DNA from: a virus
Lineage: Duplodnaviria; Caudoviricetes
Virus record (IMG/VR): IMGVR_UViG_3300006918_000002
Span: 1 to 58,495 of that record
DNA length: 58,495 nt
Strand: one strand, 5' to 3'
Translations under genes and position numbers: made by a program
Shown here: in pieces, positions 17,061-25,283 of the stretch
How the letters are laid out: every line of letters begins with the position of its first letter
Numbering within the stretch: the first letter of the stretch is position 1
The notes under the pieces: generated by a model
What the model was told of the DNA's origin: nothing
Seen by the model: only the letters and a program-made list of their open reading frames with translations
Databases searched by the model: none

Positions 17061-17236
17061 CGGGGACCAAGAGTCGGGTCACCGTCGGCGCGGTAGGACC
17101 GGCGCTGAGCCCCGGGTGGTGTGCGCTGAACAGCGCTCATACCTATCGGGCGGGCGAGAGGGTCGGGTGCGCCTTCAGGGGCGGGGTCTCCCTCGGCAGG
17201 GTGTGTCCGGCGTGCACGAGAAGGCTCTCCTCGTGA
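17057..17236 (+). CDS. Small Zn-binding protein
   Basis: ALSPGWC...H...CPAC; ATGA overlap. Confidence 0.55.
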   Translation: MTGTKSRVTVGAVGPALSPGWCALNSAHTYRAGERVGCAFRGGVSLGRVCPACTRRLSS

Positions 17237-17946
17237 CCGGCCACAATGAACAGTGGCAGCCGCGTCTCCCGGTGGGGGCGCGGCTTGCCGCAGTGAACGG
17301 CGAACGCTGGCTGGTGGTCGCGGCCGACCTGGACCTCGGGTCGGGGAACACGATCTACACCGTGCGCAGGCCGTACCTCGTGCCCCCGCCCGGGTCCACG
17401 ATCTGGGACGCCACGCTGGCCCCCCTGGACTTCAGGATGTCGGAGGAGTTCCTTCTCGAATTGATCCACAGCTTCAGTGTCGGAGGTGAGGGCAGTGACC
17501 GAACGTCGCCGAGGGAATCCCCAGCGGTACTACCAAGAACGCCAGAGGAAGACGGCCGACGCCCCGAAGACGGGGCAGCCCTGGACCGCCGAGGAGCTCG
17601 TCGTCGCGCTCGACACGTCGCTGACTGGCGTCGAGGCAGCACAACGGCTCGGGCGCACGTGGGCGGCCGTCGCCAACGTGCGGAGGGCGCGGCGAGGATC
17701 ATCCGGGACCGGGCGAAGGCGCGGAGAATCCGGCACTCCTGGCTCTTCCTCCTCGTCGGACTGACCCTCTTCGTGCTGGGGGTGGGGAACGTCTACTGGG
17801 GTGTGACCGCGCCCCTGACGGCTCTTCGGGCGGTCCAGGTGGTCGGTGGCCTGCTGGCCTATGCCGCTGGGCTCTGCCTTGTCACCGTGTCATTCTCCCG
17901 AGAGGCTAAGCGTTCTCGGCCTCGACAACGAAAGCAGACGTCATGA
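17233..17946 (+). CDS. Hypothetical ORF with two C-terminal TM helices (may be two genes lacking a separating stop)
   Basis: Coupled at both ends, but the middle reads poorly where another frame codes an HTH protein. Confidence 0.4.
   Translation: MTGHNEQWQPRLPVGARLAAVNGERWLVVAADLDLGSGNTIYTVRRPYLVPPPGSTIWDATLAPLDFRMSEEFLLELIHSFSVGGEGSDRTSPRESPAVLPRTPEEDGRRPEDGAALDRRGARRRARHVADWRRGSTTARAHVGGRRQRAEGAARIIRDRAKARRIRHSWLFLLVGLTLFVLGVGNVYWGVTAPLTALRAVQVVGGLLAYAAGLCLVTVSFSREAKRSRPRQRKQTS
17495..17764 (+). CDS. Myb/HTH-like DNA-binding protein
   Basis: GGAGGTG RBS; PWTAEEL...LTGVEAAQRLGRTWAAVANVR. Confidence 0.6.
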   Translation: MTERRRGNPQRYYQERQRKTADAPKTGQPWTAEELVVALDTSLTGVEAAQRLGRTWAAVANVRRARRGSSGTGRRRGESGTPGSSSSSD

Positions 17947-18395
17947 GCTATGACCCCACGCCGGAGGCGCGACCCGCCCCGGTGCTGAACCTGCGTGCGG
18001 TGATGAAGACCACCGCCCTGACGGCGATCTACCCCGAAGCGGGTCTCGGTGCCCCGCTCGCCCTCCTGTACGTCGCGTGTGGCCTCGCCGGGGAGGCAGG
18101 GGAGACCGCCAACAAAGTGAAGAAGATCGTGCGGGACGACGCGGGGCGCGTGACCGACGCCCGCCGCGACCAGATCGTGAAGGAGCTCGGCGGGACGTTC
18201 TGGTACTGGCTGCGGCTGTGCGCCGAGCTGAACCTCGACCCGTACGAGGTGATCCACGAGAACATGAAGCTGCTCACGCTCCGGGCTGCGGACGGGACTC
18301 TGGGCGGGGACGACCAGGAGGACGGCTCCCGCGTCGCCGCCGCGATGATGGCGGAGCAGGGCCACTTCCCGGAGAACGGGGAGGCGCGGCGATGA
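17943..18395 (+). CDS. MazG-like nucleotide pyrophosphohydrolase
   Basis: GLAGEAGE-ANKVKK-RD...KELG-FWY...N-KL-R. Confidence 0.88.
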   Translation: MSYDPTPEARPAPVLNLRAVMKTTALTAIYPEAGLGAPLALLYVACGLAGEAGETANKVKKIVRDDAGRVTDARRDQIVKELGGTFWYWLRLCAELNLDPYEVIHENMKLLTLRAADGTLGGDDQEDGSRVAAAMMAEQGHFPENGEARR

Positions 18396-18637
18396 AGGTG
18401 AGGGTCGAAGAGGTCCCGAGCGACAGCGGGAAGGACTCGTACGTGTTCGTGGAGCTCGAGGACACGGGCGTGCAGGACCTCCCGCCCCACGTCCTCGCCG
18501 CAGCCGGGGAGGCGGCAGCCGGAGTCCTCGAACACTTCCGGCGGGCGGGGACCGCGTGCGGACATCGGCGCTGGTCCTCGACTCACTACTGCGACACCAT
18601 GATCTGCCCCCAGTACGTCGGGTGGAGGAGGTCGTGA
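18392..18637 (+). CDS. Hypothetical protein
   Basis: ATGA overlap; CGH...YC-CP-Y. Confidence 0.55.
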   Translation: MKVRVEEVPSDSGKDSYVFVELEDTGVQDLPPHVLAAAGEAAAGVLEHFRRAGTACGHRRWSSTHYCDTMICPQYVGWRRS

Positions 18638-18984
18638 TGAAGCCTCGATGGGTGGCCCCGGTGGTCGCGCTGGGGATCGTGCTGCTGGCGTCGGGCGTGT
18701 GCCTGGTGTTCGACACGTGGGTGGCCTTCAGCGTTGTCGTGGTGGGGATCTCGCTCGCGGTGGTGGTGCTGGGGGCGGAGCCGCTCTGTCGGCTGTACCG
18801 CGCCCTCGACGACCTGTACCGCGCGGCCGACGCGGCGGTGTGGCGCGGTGAGGACGGGGTCGACGTGGAGGAAGTCGCGGCGGCTGTCGAGCGCTCGATG
18901 GGCTCGGACGGCGAGGTCCGGCGCGCGGACTGGGCTCGATACCGCGCCTGGCGACAGGGAGAGAGTACGGAGGACGGGCTGTGA
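18637..18984 (+). CDS. Membrane protein (two TM helices)
   Basis: Two hydrophobic segments; GGAGG RBS. Confidence 0.6.
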   Translation: MKPRWVAPVVALGIVLLASGVCLVFDTWVAFSVVVVGISLAVVVLGAEPLCRLYRALDDLYRAADAAVWRGEDGVDVEEVAAAVERSMGSDGEVRRADWARYRAWRQGESTEDGL

Positions 18985-19289
18985 GCGAGGAGAACCCCCA
19001 GACCGCTCCCGGGGCGGAGAAAGCGCGAGCCGCCGCGCTCCTACCCGGGTGGTCCGCACACTTCCGGGCGATGCCGCCGGAGACGCGGAAGGCGGTGTTC
19101 GAGACGGTCGCTGCGGCGAGCGCGTTCCTCTCCGACCGACACCCCCTGGTGAAGGCGGAGTTGTCGACCGGGCTGCGGCAGGGCGCGCGGGGGAAGCTGA
19201 CCGTGCGTGAGCGGGGGATCCTCGACGCGTACTTCGCTGCGGTACAAGCTCCTCTGCTCGCGCTGGTGACGCTGGCGGAGCCGGAATGA
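18981..19289 (+). CDS. Hypothetical protein
   Basis: Coupled 102-aa ORF. Confidence 0.55.
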   Translation: MSEENPQTAPGAEKARAAALLPGWSAHFRAMPPETRKAVFETVAAASAFLSDRHPLVKAELSTGLRQGARGKLTVRERGILDAYFAAVQAPLLALVTLAEPE

Positions 19290-19891
19290 CCGGGACCGTG
19301 ATCGCTCCGGGGTGGGAGGAGCCGGGGTCGCGTCGGTACCTCTACGCCTTCGGCCTCGACCCGGGTGTCGTGACGGGGTGGGCGACCCTCCGCATCTGCT
19401 GGGAGACCTTGCTGGACAAGGGCTTCACGGACACGGTGCTGGGTGGGCGCGACCCCCAGATCTTCGCGTGGGAGAGCGGTCAGATCCTGGGCGAGGAGAA
19501 CGGGCAGGTCGACATGGTGCTGGCGCGGTATCGCGGGCTCTGGGAGGAGGGCGTGTGGGATGAAGGGGAAGGCTCGGATGTGCTGGTCGGCTCGTACGAG
19601 TCCTTCCATCTGAGGATGCTGGGGGAGGACGCGACACTGCTGGCTCCGGTCCGGATCCTCGCGAAGCTGGGCTACGTCGGCCGCGCCCTCCCCTTCCCCG
19701 TGGTGCAGCACTCGCCCAGCGACGCGAAAGACATCGTGACCGATGAGCGGTTGCGGCGCTGGGGTCTGTACGCTCCGGGGCCGGACCACCCGCGTGACGC
19801 GATGCGGCAGGCGGTCATGGTGACCCGCAAGATGGTCGAGATTCGTTTCAGGGAAGCGATGTTGAGGAGATGTCGGTGGATGCAGGGGTGA
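19286..19891 (+). CDS. RuvC-like Holliday junction resolvase
   Basis: GLDPG-TGWA, YESF, PSDAK, DH-RDAMRQ. Confidence 0.75.
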   Translation: MTGTVIAPGWEEPGSRRYLYAFGLDPGVVTGWATLRICWETLLDKGFTDTVLGGRDPQIFAWESGQILGEENGQVDMVLARYRGLWEEGVWDEGEGSDVLVGSYESFHLRMLGEDATLLAPVRILAKLGYVGRALPFPVVQHSPSDAKDIVTDERLRRWGLYAPGPDHPRDAMRQAVMVTRKMVEIRFREAMLRRCRWMQG

Positions 19892-19983
19892 CGTGGTGGG
19901 AGCAGGCGGTCGGCCAGGCGATCGGGTGGCCGCTGGCGCTGGGGATCGTGCTGGCGTTCCTCCTGTGGCGGATGACCCGATGA
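19888..19983 (+). CDS. 31-aa single-TM peptide
   Basis: MTWWEQAVGQAIGWPLALGIVLAFLLWRMTR; GTGA/ATGA overlaps. Confidence 0.5.
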   Translation: MTWWEQAVGQAIGWPLALGIVLAFLLWRMTR

Positions 19984-20072
19984 TCGTCGGGTGGCAGCTC
20001 CGGGGAGCGGTGGTGGTCCTGGTGTTCGCGGCCCTGATGCTGCTGGCGCGGTGCGGCCCCGCCGGGCTGTAG
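19980..20072 (+). CDS. 30-aa single-TM peptide
   Basis: MIVGWQLRGAVVVLVFAALMLLARCGPAGL; ATGA overlap. Confidence 0.45.
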   Translation: MIVGWQLRGAVVVLVFAALMLLARCGPAGL

Positions 20073-20286
20073 CAACGAAGTTCGATAAAGGCGTAGTGCT
20101 GTGTTCGTTGCGGCACTACGTCTTTCGACTGAGTAGTAGTAGTCTCTCTCTCCTCTCCTCTCCTTATTATCCTCCTTAGGGAGAGTGCAGTTTGGTTTGT
20201 GGCGGGTCTGGTTCTGGGGTCGCGGGCGGGCTTCCGGTACGATGGAACCCGTCGAGATCAATCGTCAGAGATGAGAGGGCAGGGTC
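20073..20286. promoter_or_regulatory. AT/pyrimidine-rich intergenic region ahead of the late/packaging block
   Basis: AGTAGTAGTCTCTCTCTCCTCTCCTCTCCTTATTAT tract; TACGAT -10-like hexamer near 20238. Confidence 0.4.
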
Positions 20287-20472
20287 ATGTCGATTCGATA
20301 CCCGGGGGCCAGTGAACGGGGCGGGTTGAGAGGGCCGATGGCTCCCCCGCCGCATGACCCTGCGCTCTCGCCTCACGAGCAGATTCGGTTGGTGTACGCC
20401 ACGGAACCGACCGACCCGACGGACACGATCGAGAAGCAGTACCAGGAAGAACTGAAGCGAGCGAAGGGCTGA
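20287..20472 (+). CDS. Hypothetical protein
   Basis: 61-aa ORF with purine-rich leader. Confidence 0.45.
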   Translation: MSIRYPGASERGGLRGPMAPPPHDPALSPHEQIRLVYATEPTDPTDTIEKQYQEELKRAKG

Positions 20473-20473
20473 C

Positions 20474-20797
20474 ATGGACGTCTACGAGTGGACCAACGAC
20501 AGGGTCGAGACGCGCTGGAACGAGGAGACGCAGGAGTGGGAGCAGTACGTCGCCGCGACCTACTTCAACTGCGTCCTCGTGGAGGACCCTCAGGTCAACT
20601 ACAACGGGTCGTCGAACTTCGGTGGTTCCGTGCAGGGCGCGCGGGACGGCTTCGTCGGGTCCTGGAACAACTGGCACCCGGAGGACCCCAAGGTGGAGAA
20701 CGACTTCACGTGGAAGTCCCCGCCGGAGGGCTGGACCAACCCGAACGACCCGCCCTCGACGGAGCCGACTCCGGCAGGCGGGACCTCGGTCCAGTGA
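20474..20797 (+). CDS. Hypothetical protein
   Basis: 107 aa, strong GC3 bias. Confidence 0.65.
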   Translation: MDVYEWTNDRVETRWNEETQEWEQYVAATYFNCVLVEDPQVNYNGSSNFGGSVQGARDGFVGSWNNWHPEDPKVENDFTWKSPPEGWTNPNDPPSTEPTPAGGTSVQ

Positions 20798-21264
20798 ACG
20801 GGGAGCCGAAGGAGACCGTCACGGACGCGGAGGGGCATCCGCTCGACGTCCCTGCGCAGCCCGCCCTTCTCGGCGAGCTGACCTCACCGCGCGGCAAGCT
20901 GGCCGTGCAGAGGGCGACACTCGCCGAGGAGCTGTTGGCACACAACAGCGAACTGACCGACGATGAGGCGTGGGGCATCGCCGCGACGCGTCTGCCTGCC
21001 TCGGGCGAACGAGTACCGGGCATCACCGATGAGGAAGTGCGCCGGATCGCCGCGCGTCGCGACCAGGAGATGACGGATCTCCGGGAGCAGTACGAGCGTG
21101 TCCTCCATGCCCTGGAGGAGATCGCGGCGATCCTGGAGACGGACTACGACGAGCAGGCGCGCTACCACGCGTGGGAAGACCTGCGAGCACGAGCACGCGG
21201 TACGGTCGACGAGTGGGGGCACCGGGAGCCGCAGGCGCGCGGCGAGGGGATGCGGCCGGTATGA
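20794..21264 (+). CDS. Hypothetical protein
   Basis: GTGA overlap; helical. Confidence 0.6.
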   Translation: MNGEPKETVTDAEGHPLDVPAQPALLGELTSPRGKLAVQRATLAEELLAHNSELTDDEAWGIAATRLPASGERVPGITDEEVRRIAARRDQEMTDLREQYERVLHALEEIAAILETDYDEQARYHAWEDLRARARGTVDEWGHREPQARGEGMRPV

Positions 21265-21629
21265 GCGGCCACACACTGTTCGGACATCCCCTCGTGGCAG
21301 GGAAGACGTACGAGCTGGAGTGGAGCGACAACGGTCGGGGGATCATCGTGTCGGAGCAAACGGAACCGGAGAAGCCTCGCCCCGGATACCCCCTCGTGGG
21401 GTCGATCGTCCAGGGGCACGGAGGCGCACTGTTCCGCTGGAACGGTGTCTCGTGGGAGGCGTACGAGGAGAAGGAACTCCTGCCGTACGTGAACGAGCGG
21501 ATCGGGGAATGGGTGGTGCGCAACGAAGTTCCGACGACGTGGACACTGCCCATTGTGAACGGTGAGCCCCGACCGGGGCTGGCGCAGGCAGGGCACGACA
21601 TCATCATCACCGTCCGCCGGACGGCGTGA
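21261..21629 (+). CDS. Hypothetical protein
   Basis: ATGA overlap. Confidence 0.55.
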   Translation: MSGHTLFGHPLVAGKTYELEWSDNGRGIIVSEQTEPEKPRPGYPLVGSIVQGHGGALFRWNGVSWEAYEEKELLPYVNERIGEWVVRNEVPTTWTLPIVNGEPRPGLAQAGHDIIITVRRTA

Positions 21630-22012
21630 GACAACACAGGAAGGTGACGTCAGTGGACAGTCAGCAGGCGGATCTGGAGAAGCCGGTCTTCCCCACTCCG
21701 GGCATGACGGAGCGCACGGAAGCCGTGAAGCAGGCGGCTCCCGGCACCGGGCAGATCACGATCAGCGAGAAGGAGTGGGACGCCTTCCAGCAGCGCTGGG
21801 AGCAGCGACTCCGCAACCAGCGGCAGGTGATCGACAACCTGGACGACGCGCGCCTCGTGGAGCGGAACGAGCGGTTGTCCTTGCTGGACAAGCTGAAGAC
21901 CGTGCACGGTGACCTGGACGCCTTGGTGCGCACCGAGAAGGACGAACGGCACCGCACCAACTACGAGGTCCTCCGCGACACCCTCGCTGACCTCATCAAG
22001 ATCCACCGGTAG
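21626..22012 (+). CDS. Coiled-coil hypothetical protein
   Basis: Heptad-rich ORF; exact start uncertain. Confidence 0.6.
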   Translation: MRQHRKVTSVDSQQADLEKPVFPTPGMTERTEAVKQAAPGTGQITISEKEWDAFQQRWEQRLRNQRQVIDNLDDARLVERNERLSLLDKLKTVHGDLDALVRTEKDERHRTNYEVLRDTLADLIKIHR

Positions 22013-22018
22013 GCGGTC

Positions 22019-22828
22019 ATGGACGAGGACTGGTACCCCCAGCGGCTCACCGAGCGTGATCTGAAGTCTGCCGCCCAGCGGGCGAAGCTCCGGAAGCAGG
22101 AAGCGCGGGCTCTCGGCAACCCCGAGAAGGCCACGAACCCGGAACCCGTGGATGACGCCCGCATCATGCACGGTCGGGCGATCCGCCCGGGGGTCCGTCC
22201 TCTCCTGAAGGTCAGTCGTACCAGTGGGTTCCTGCCGCACATGACGGCACGCCAGCAGCGCCGAGGCAAGGTGCGGACGGCTCGGAGCTGGGGAAGGATG
22301 CTGAGGACGTTGAAGGATACGGGGATGTCCCTGGAAGAGTTCGTCGAGACGCTGGACCCCGAGGAACTGGTCTACGGCAAGCTGAAGGACAGCAAGGGCG
22401 GCTTCACCGGGCGTCCGCCCGCATGGGTGCCGCGCGAGTTCCATCGAGCCTGCATCCGCGAGCTCATGCGGCGGGGCAAGCGGATGTGGCAGGAGAGCTA
22501 CCTCGACGCCATCGACGCGATGGTGCAAGTGGCGCAGGGCAAGGTGAAGGGGGCGACCGCGTCGGACCGCCTGCGCGCAGCCCAGTTCGTGATCGAGCGC
22601 ATCGAGGGCAAGGTCCCCGAGCGCCTGGAAGTGATCGACGACAGCCCGTGGCAGGGCATCATCGACGAGATTGTCGTTGAGGTGCCGGACGAGTACGTCG
22701 TCCAGGCCAAGGCAGCGCGTGCCGAGCTGACCGCCGTGGTACAGCAGGAGATCCATGACGCGGAACTGGTCGAGGAACCGCTCCCCCCTCGCCCCGTCCG
22801 CCGCAGCCCCCGAAGGAGGCCTCAATGA
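22019..22828 (+). CDS. Probable terminase small subunit
   Basis: Helical protein with SDRLRAAQFVIERIEGK motif, upstream of the terminase large subunit; call rests on position and motif. Confidence 0.45.
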   Translation: MDEDWYPQRLTERDLKSAAQRAKLRKQEARALGNPEKATNPEPVDDARIMHGRAIRPGVRPLLKVSRTSGFLPHMTARQQRRGKVRTARSWGRMLRTLKDTGMSLEEFVETLDPEELVYGKLKDSKGGFTGRPPAWVPREFHRACIRELMRRGKRMWQESYLDAIDAMVQVAQGKVKGATASDRLRAAQFVIERIEGKVPERLEVIDDSPWQGIIDEIVVEVPDEYVVQAKAARAELTAVVQQEIHDAELVEEPLPPRPVRRSPRRRPQ

Positions 22829-23064
22829 GCCTCGCGGAGGGCATGGCCTTCGTGTTGTACGTCGGGGCAGCTCGGGCAGCGGCCACCCCGGCGCAGTGCG
22901 AGCAGTTGCGGGCTAGGATGCCTGCCGCCCTACAGGTCTATCGGGACACGGGCAGCGAAGGGCCGATGCGTGCGGCCATCCGAGACGTGATGGGATCGGC
23001 GTGGGAGCCGAGCGGTGACTGGAAGAAGGCGCTAGACCAACTCTCCCGAAGGAGGCCTCAGTGA
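22825..23064 (+). CDS. Hypothetical protein
   Basis: GAAGGAGG RBS; coupled. Confidence 0.55.
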   Translation: MSLAEGMAFVLYVGAARAAATPAQCEQLRARMPAALQVYRDTGSEGPMRAAIRDVMGSAWEPSGDWKKALDQLSRRRPQ

Positions 23065-23339
23065 GCCCGAATATTGAGCTGGAGCGCGAGCGCTTCCACT
23101 CCCTCCAGAAGCTGATCGACGAGGTCAGCGCGTACGACCACGGGTCGGAGATCGAGGGCAAGCTCCAGGAGATCCGGGAGCTGGGGCGGATCGTGGAGAC
23201 GCAGGCTATGGCGCGGCTTCTGCGGTGGTTCCGCGACACCATCCTCGCCGACGCCCGGAGCCGAGAGCCTGGCTTGGAAGCGTGGGACCGGGTCGACCGA
23301 GACGTCGTGATGCTGTTGCGGGCCTTGGAGAACGGATGA
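23061..23339 (+). CDS. Hypothetical protein
   Basis: GAAGGAGG RBS; coupled. Confidence 0.55.
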   Translation: MSPNIELERERFHSLQKLIDEVSAYDHGSEIEGKLQEIRELGRIVETQAMARLLRWFRDTILADARSREPGLEAWDRVDRDVVMLLRALENG

Positions 23340-23471
23340 GGCACCGGGAAAGCAGGCTCGACAAGAAGCTGCGCCGTGCGGCCGACGAGGTGATCCGGAC
23401 CCAGAAGGCCGCACAGCGGATCCTCCGCCGGACCGAGCGGCGAGAACGGCGTGCGAAGGGAGGTGAGGAAC

Positions 23472-23555
23472 GTGGGAGGCAAGCCGAACCCCGGAACGAA
23501 GAAGGACAAGCGGCTCAAGGAGAACCGCCCTGGACGCAAGAAGAAGAAGGGCTGA
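23472..23555 (+). CDS. 27-aa highly basic peptide
   Basis: GGAGGTG RBS; MGGKPNPGTKKDKRLKENRPGRKKKKG. Confidence 0.55.
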   Translation: MGGKPNPGTKKDKRLKENRPGRKKKKG

Positions 23556-23558
23556 CCG

Positions 23559-23831
23559 ATGGCACTGACCCCGGAACAGAAGGCAGCGCATGAGGAGCTC
23601 GACGCTGCCATCCGGAAGGTCCTGTCCTTCCAGGGCGTGCGCGAGGGCGGTCCACCACCGAACCTCGTGGACTGGATCGTCGTGACGGAGGGGATCAGCT
23701 TCGACGAGAACGGCGACTCGATCGGTTGGCACAACATGATCTTCCGTGGGGGTCAGGTCCGGCGCAGCGTGGCTCTCGGTCTCCTGGAGATCGGTAGTGA
23801 CCTCATGATCCCCCAGGAAGAAGAGGACTGA
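23559..23831 (+). CDS. Hypothetical protein
   Basis: 90 aa directly before the terminase. Confidence 0.65.
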   Translation: MALTPEQKAAHEELDAAIRKVLSFQGVREGGPPPNLVDWIVVTEGISFDENGDSIGWHNMIFRGGQVRRSVALGLLEIGSDLMIPQEEED

Positions 23832-23834
23832 CCG

Positions 23835-25253
23835 GTGGCGTACGTCATCAGCAAGAAGAAGCTCTTCGCGAAGGTGGCGTACGCCCCCAATCCGGCGCAA
23901 CGTGCCTTGCACGAGTGCGTGCAGCGCTACATCGTGGCGGCGATGGGCCGACGCACGGGCAAGAGCACCGCAGGCGGTATGGACCTCCTGCCGGAGGCGT
24001 ACAAGACCTATCTGAACAGACCGGCGCTGGAAGACGCGGGCGTCCGCCGGGAGTTCTGGATCGTCGGCCCGGAGTACAGCGACGCCGAGAAGGAGTTCCG
24101 GGCCTTCTACAACAAAGCGAAGGCGCTACGGATGCCCTTCGACAAGCCGGGAACCTACTACGACCCGCACGGCGGCGATCTCCAGGTCTCGTTGTGGGGC
24201 GGGAAGTTCCTGCTGCTCGGCCAGTCCGCCAAGTACCCCCAGAACCTGGTCGGCGAAGGCCTCAGTGGCGTCATCATGGCGGAAGCAGCCAAGATGAAGG
24301 AGCGCGTCTGGACGCAGAACATCATGCCGACGCTCGCGGACTTCCGGGGATGGGCACGCTTCAACTCCACGCCGGAAGGCAGGAACTGGTTTCACAAGCT
24401 GTACATGAAGGGCATCGCGAAGGACGTGGGCTGGGCCAGCTTCCGCTTCCCGAGCTGGGTCAACACGCACGTGTTCCCGTTGGGGGAGAAGGATCCTGAG
24501 ATCCTCCAGATGCGCCAGGACCTCCCGGAGGAGCTGTTCGCCCAGGAGATCGAGGCGCAGTTCAGCCAGTACGTCGGCCGCGTGTTCAAGGACTGGGATG
24601 AAGACTGGCACGTCCGGCGGATGGGGTACCGCCCGGACCTCCCGGTCTACGTGGCGAGCGACTACGGCTGGACCAATCCGACGGTTCTGCTGTTCATTCA
24701 GGTGGATCCCTGGGAGCGCGTGCATGTCGTGAGCGAGTACTACGCGACGCACCGGACCGGCGAGGACGTCGTCAACGACCTCAAGAACGGCGTCCAGGAT
24801 CCGCGCCACCCCGCCCTCGCCCGTGCAGCCCGGGATCTGTTTCCTGACCCGGAAGACCCCAAGATGAGCAACGAGCTCGCGGAGAAGCTGCGGTGGCGCA
24901 TCATGGGCGGGACCGGTGGGCTTCTGCGCACGCGGCTGAACCTGATTCGCAAGTGGCTCAAGGACGAGAACGAGCACCTGCCGCATGACCACCCGGACCG
25001 CCAACCGAAGTTCACGGTGGATCCCCAGTGCACCAACGGTCAGCGAGAGATGGACGCGTACAAGTACCCGGAGACCAAGGAGCAGCAAGGCACGAACCCG
25101 AAGGACCAGCCTCTCGATAAGGACAACCACTGGCCGGAGGCGCTGGGGCGGTTCTTCGCCGGACACTACGGCGATGACGCACTGGAAGGCGGTCCTCGGG
25201 AGCACAAGATCCGGAACACACGCGGGCGGCGACGCGCGGCAGCACGACGGTAG
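23835..25253 (+). CDS. terL: Terminase large subunit
   Basis: PNPAQ, GRRTGKS Walker A, IMAEAA at the Walker B position, STPEG, QEIEA-F, DYG-NP, DNH-EAL nuclease motifs. Confidence 0.93.
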   Translation: MAYVISKKKLFAKVAYAPNPAQRALHECVQRYIVAAMGRRTGKSTAGGMDLLPEAYKTYLNRPALEDAGVRREFWIVGPEYSDAEKEFRAFYNKAKALRMPFDKPGTYYDPHGGDLQVSLWGGKFLLLGQSAKYPQNLVGEGLSGVIMAEAAKMKERVWTQNIMPTLADFRGWARFNSTPEGRNWFHKLYMKGIAKDVGWASFRFPSWVNTHVFPLGEKDPEILQMRQDLPEELFAQEIEAQFSQYVGRVFKDWDEDWHVRRMGYRPDLPVYVASDYGWTNPTVLLFIQVDPWERVHVVSEYYATHRTGEDVVNDLKNGVQDPRHPALARAARDLFPDPEDPKMSNELAEKLRWRIMGGTGGLLRTRLNLIRKWLKDENEHLPHDHPDRQPKFTVDPQCTNGQREMDAYKYPETKEQQGTNPKDQPLDKDNHWPEALGRFFAGHYGDDALEGGPREHKIRNTRGRRRAAARR

Positions 25254-25283
25254 GATGACCGACAGTCACACCAAGGAGGATCC

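Noticed and set aside
22808-23060. Repeated CCCGAAGGAGGCCTCA before two consecutive genes
   Set aside because: Explained as a duplicated RBS/gene-junction sequence with only two copies; no further structure
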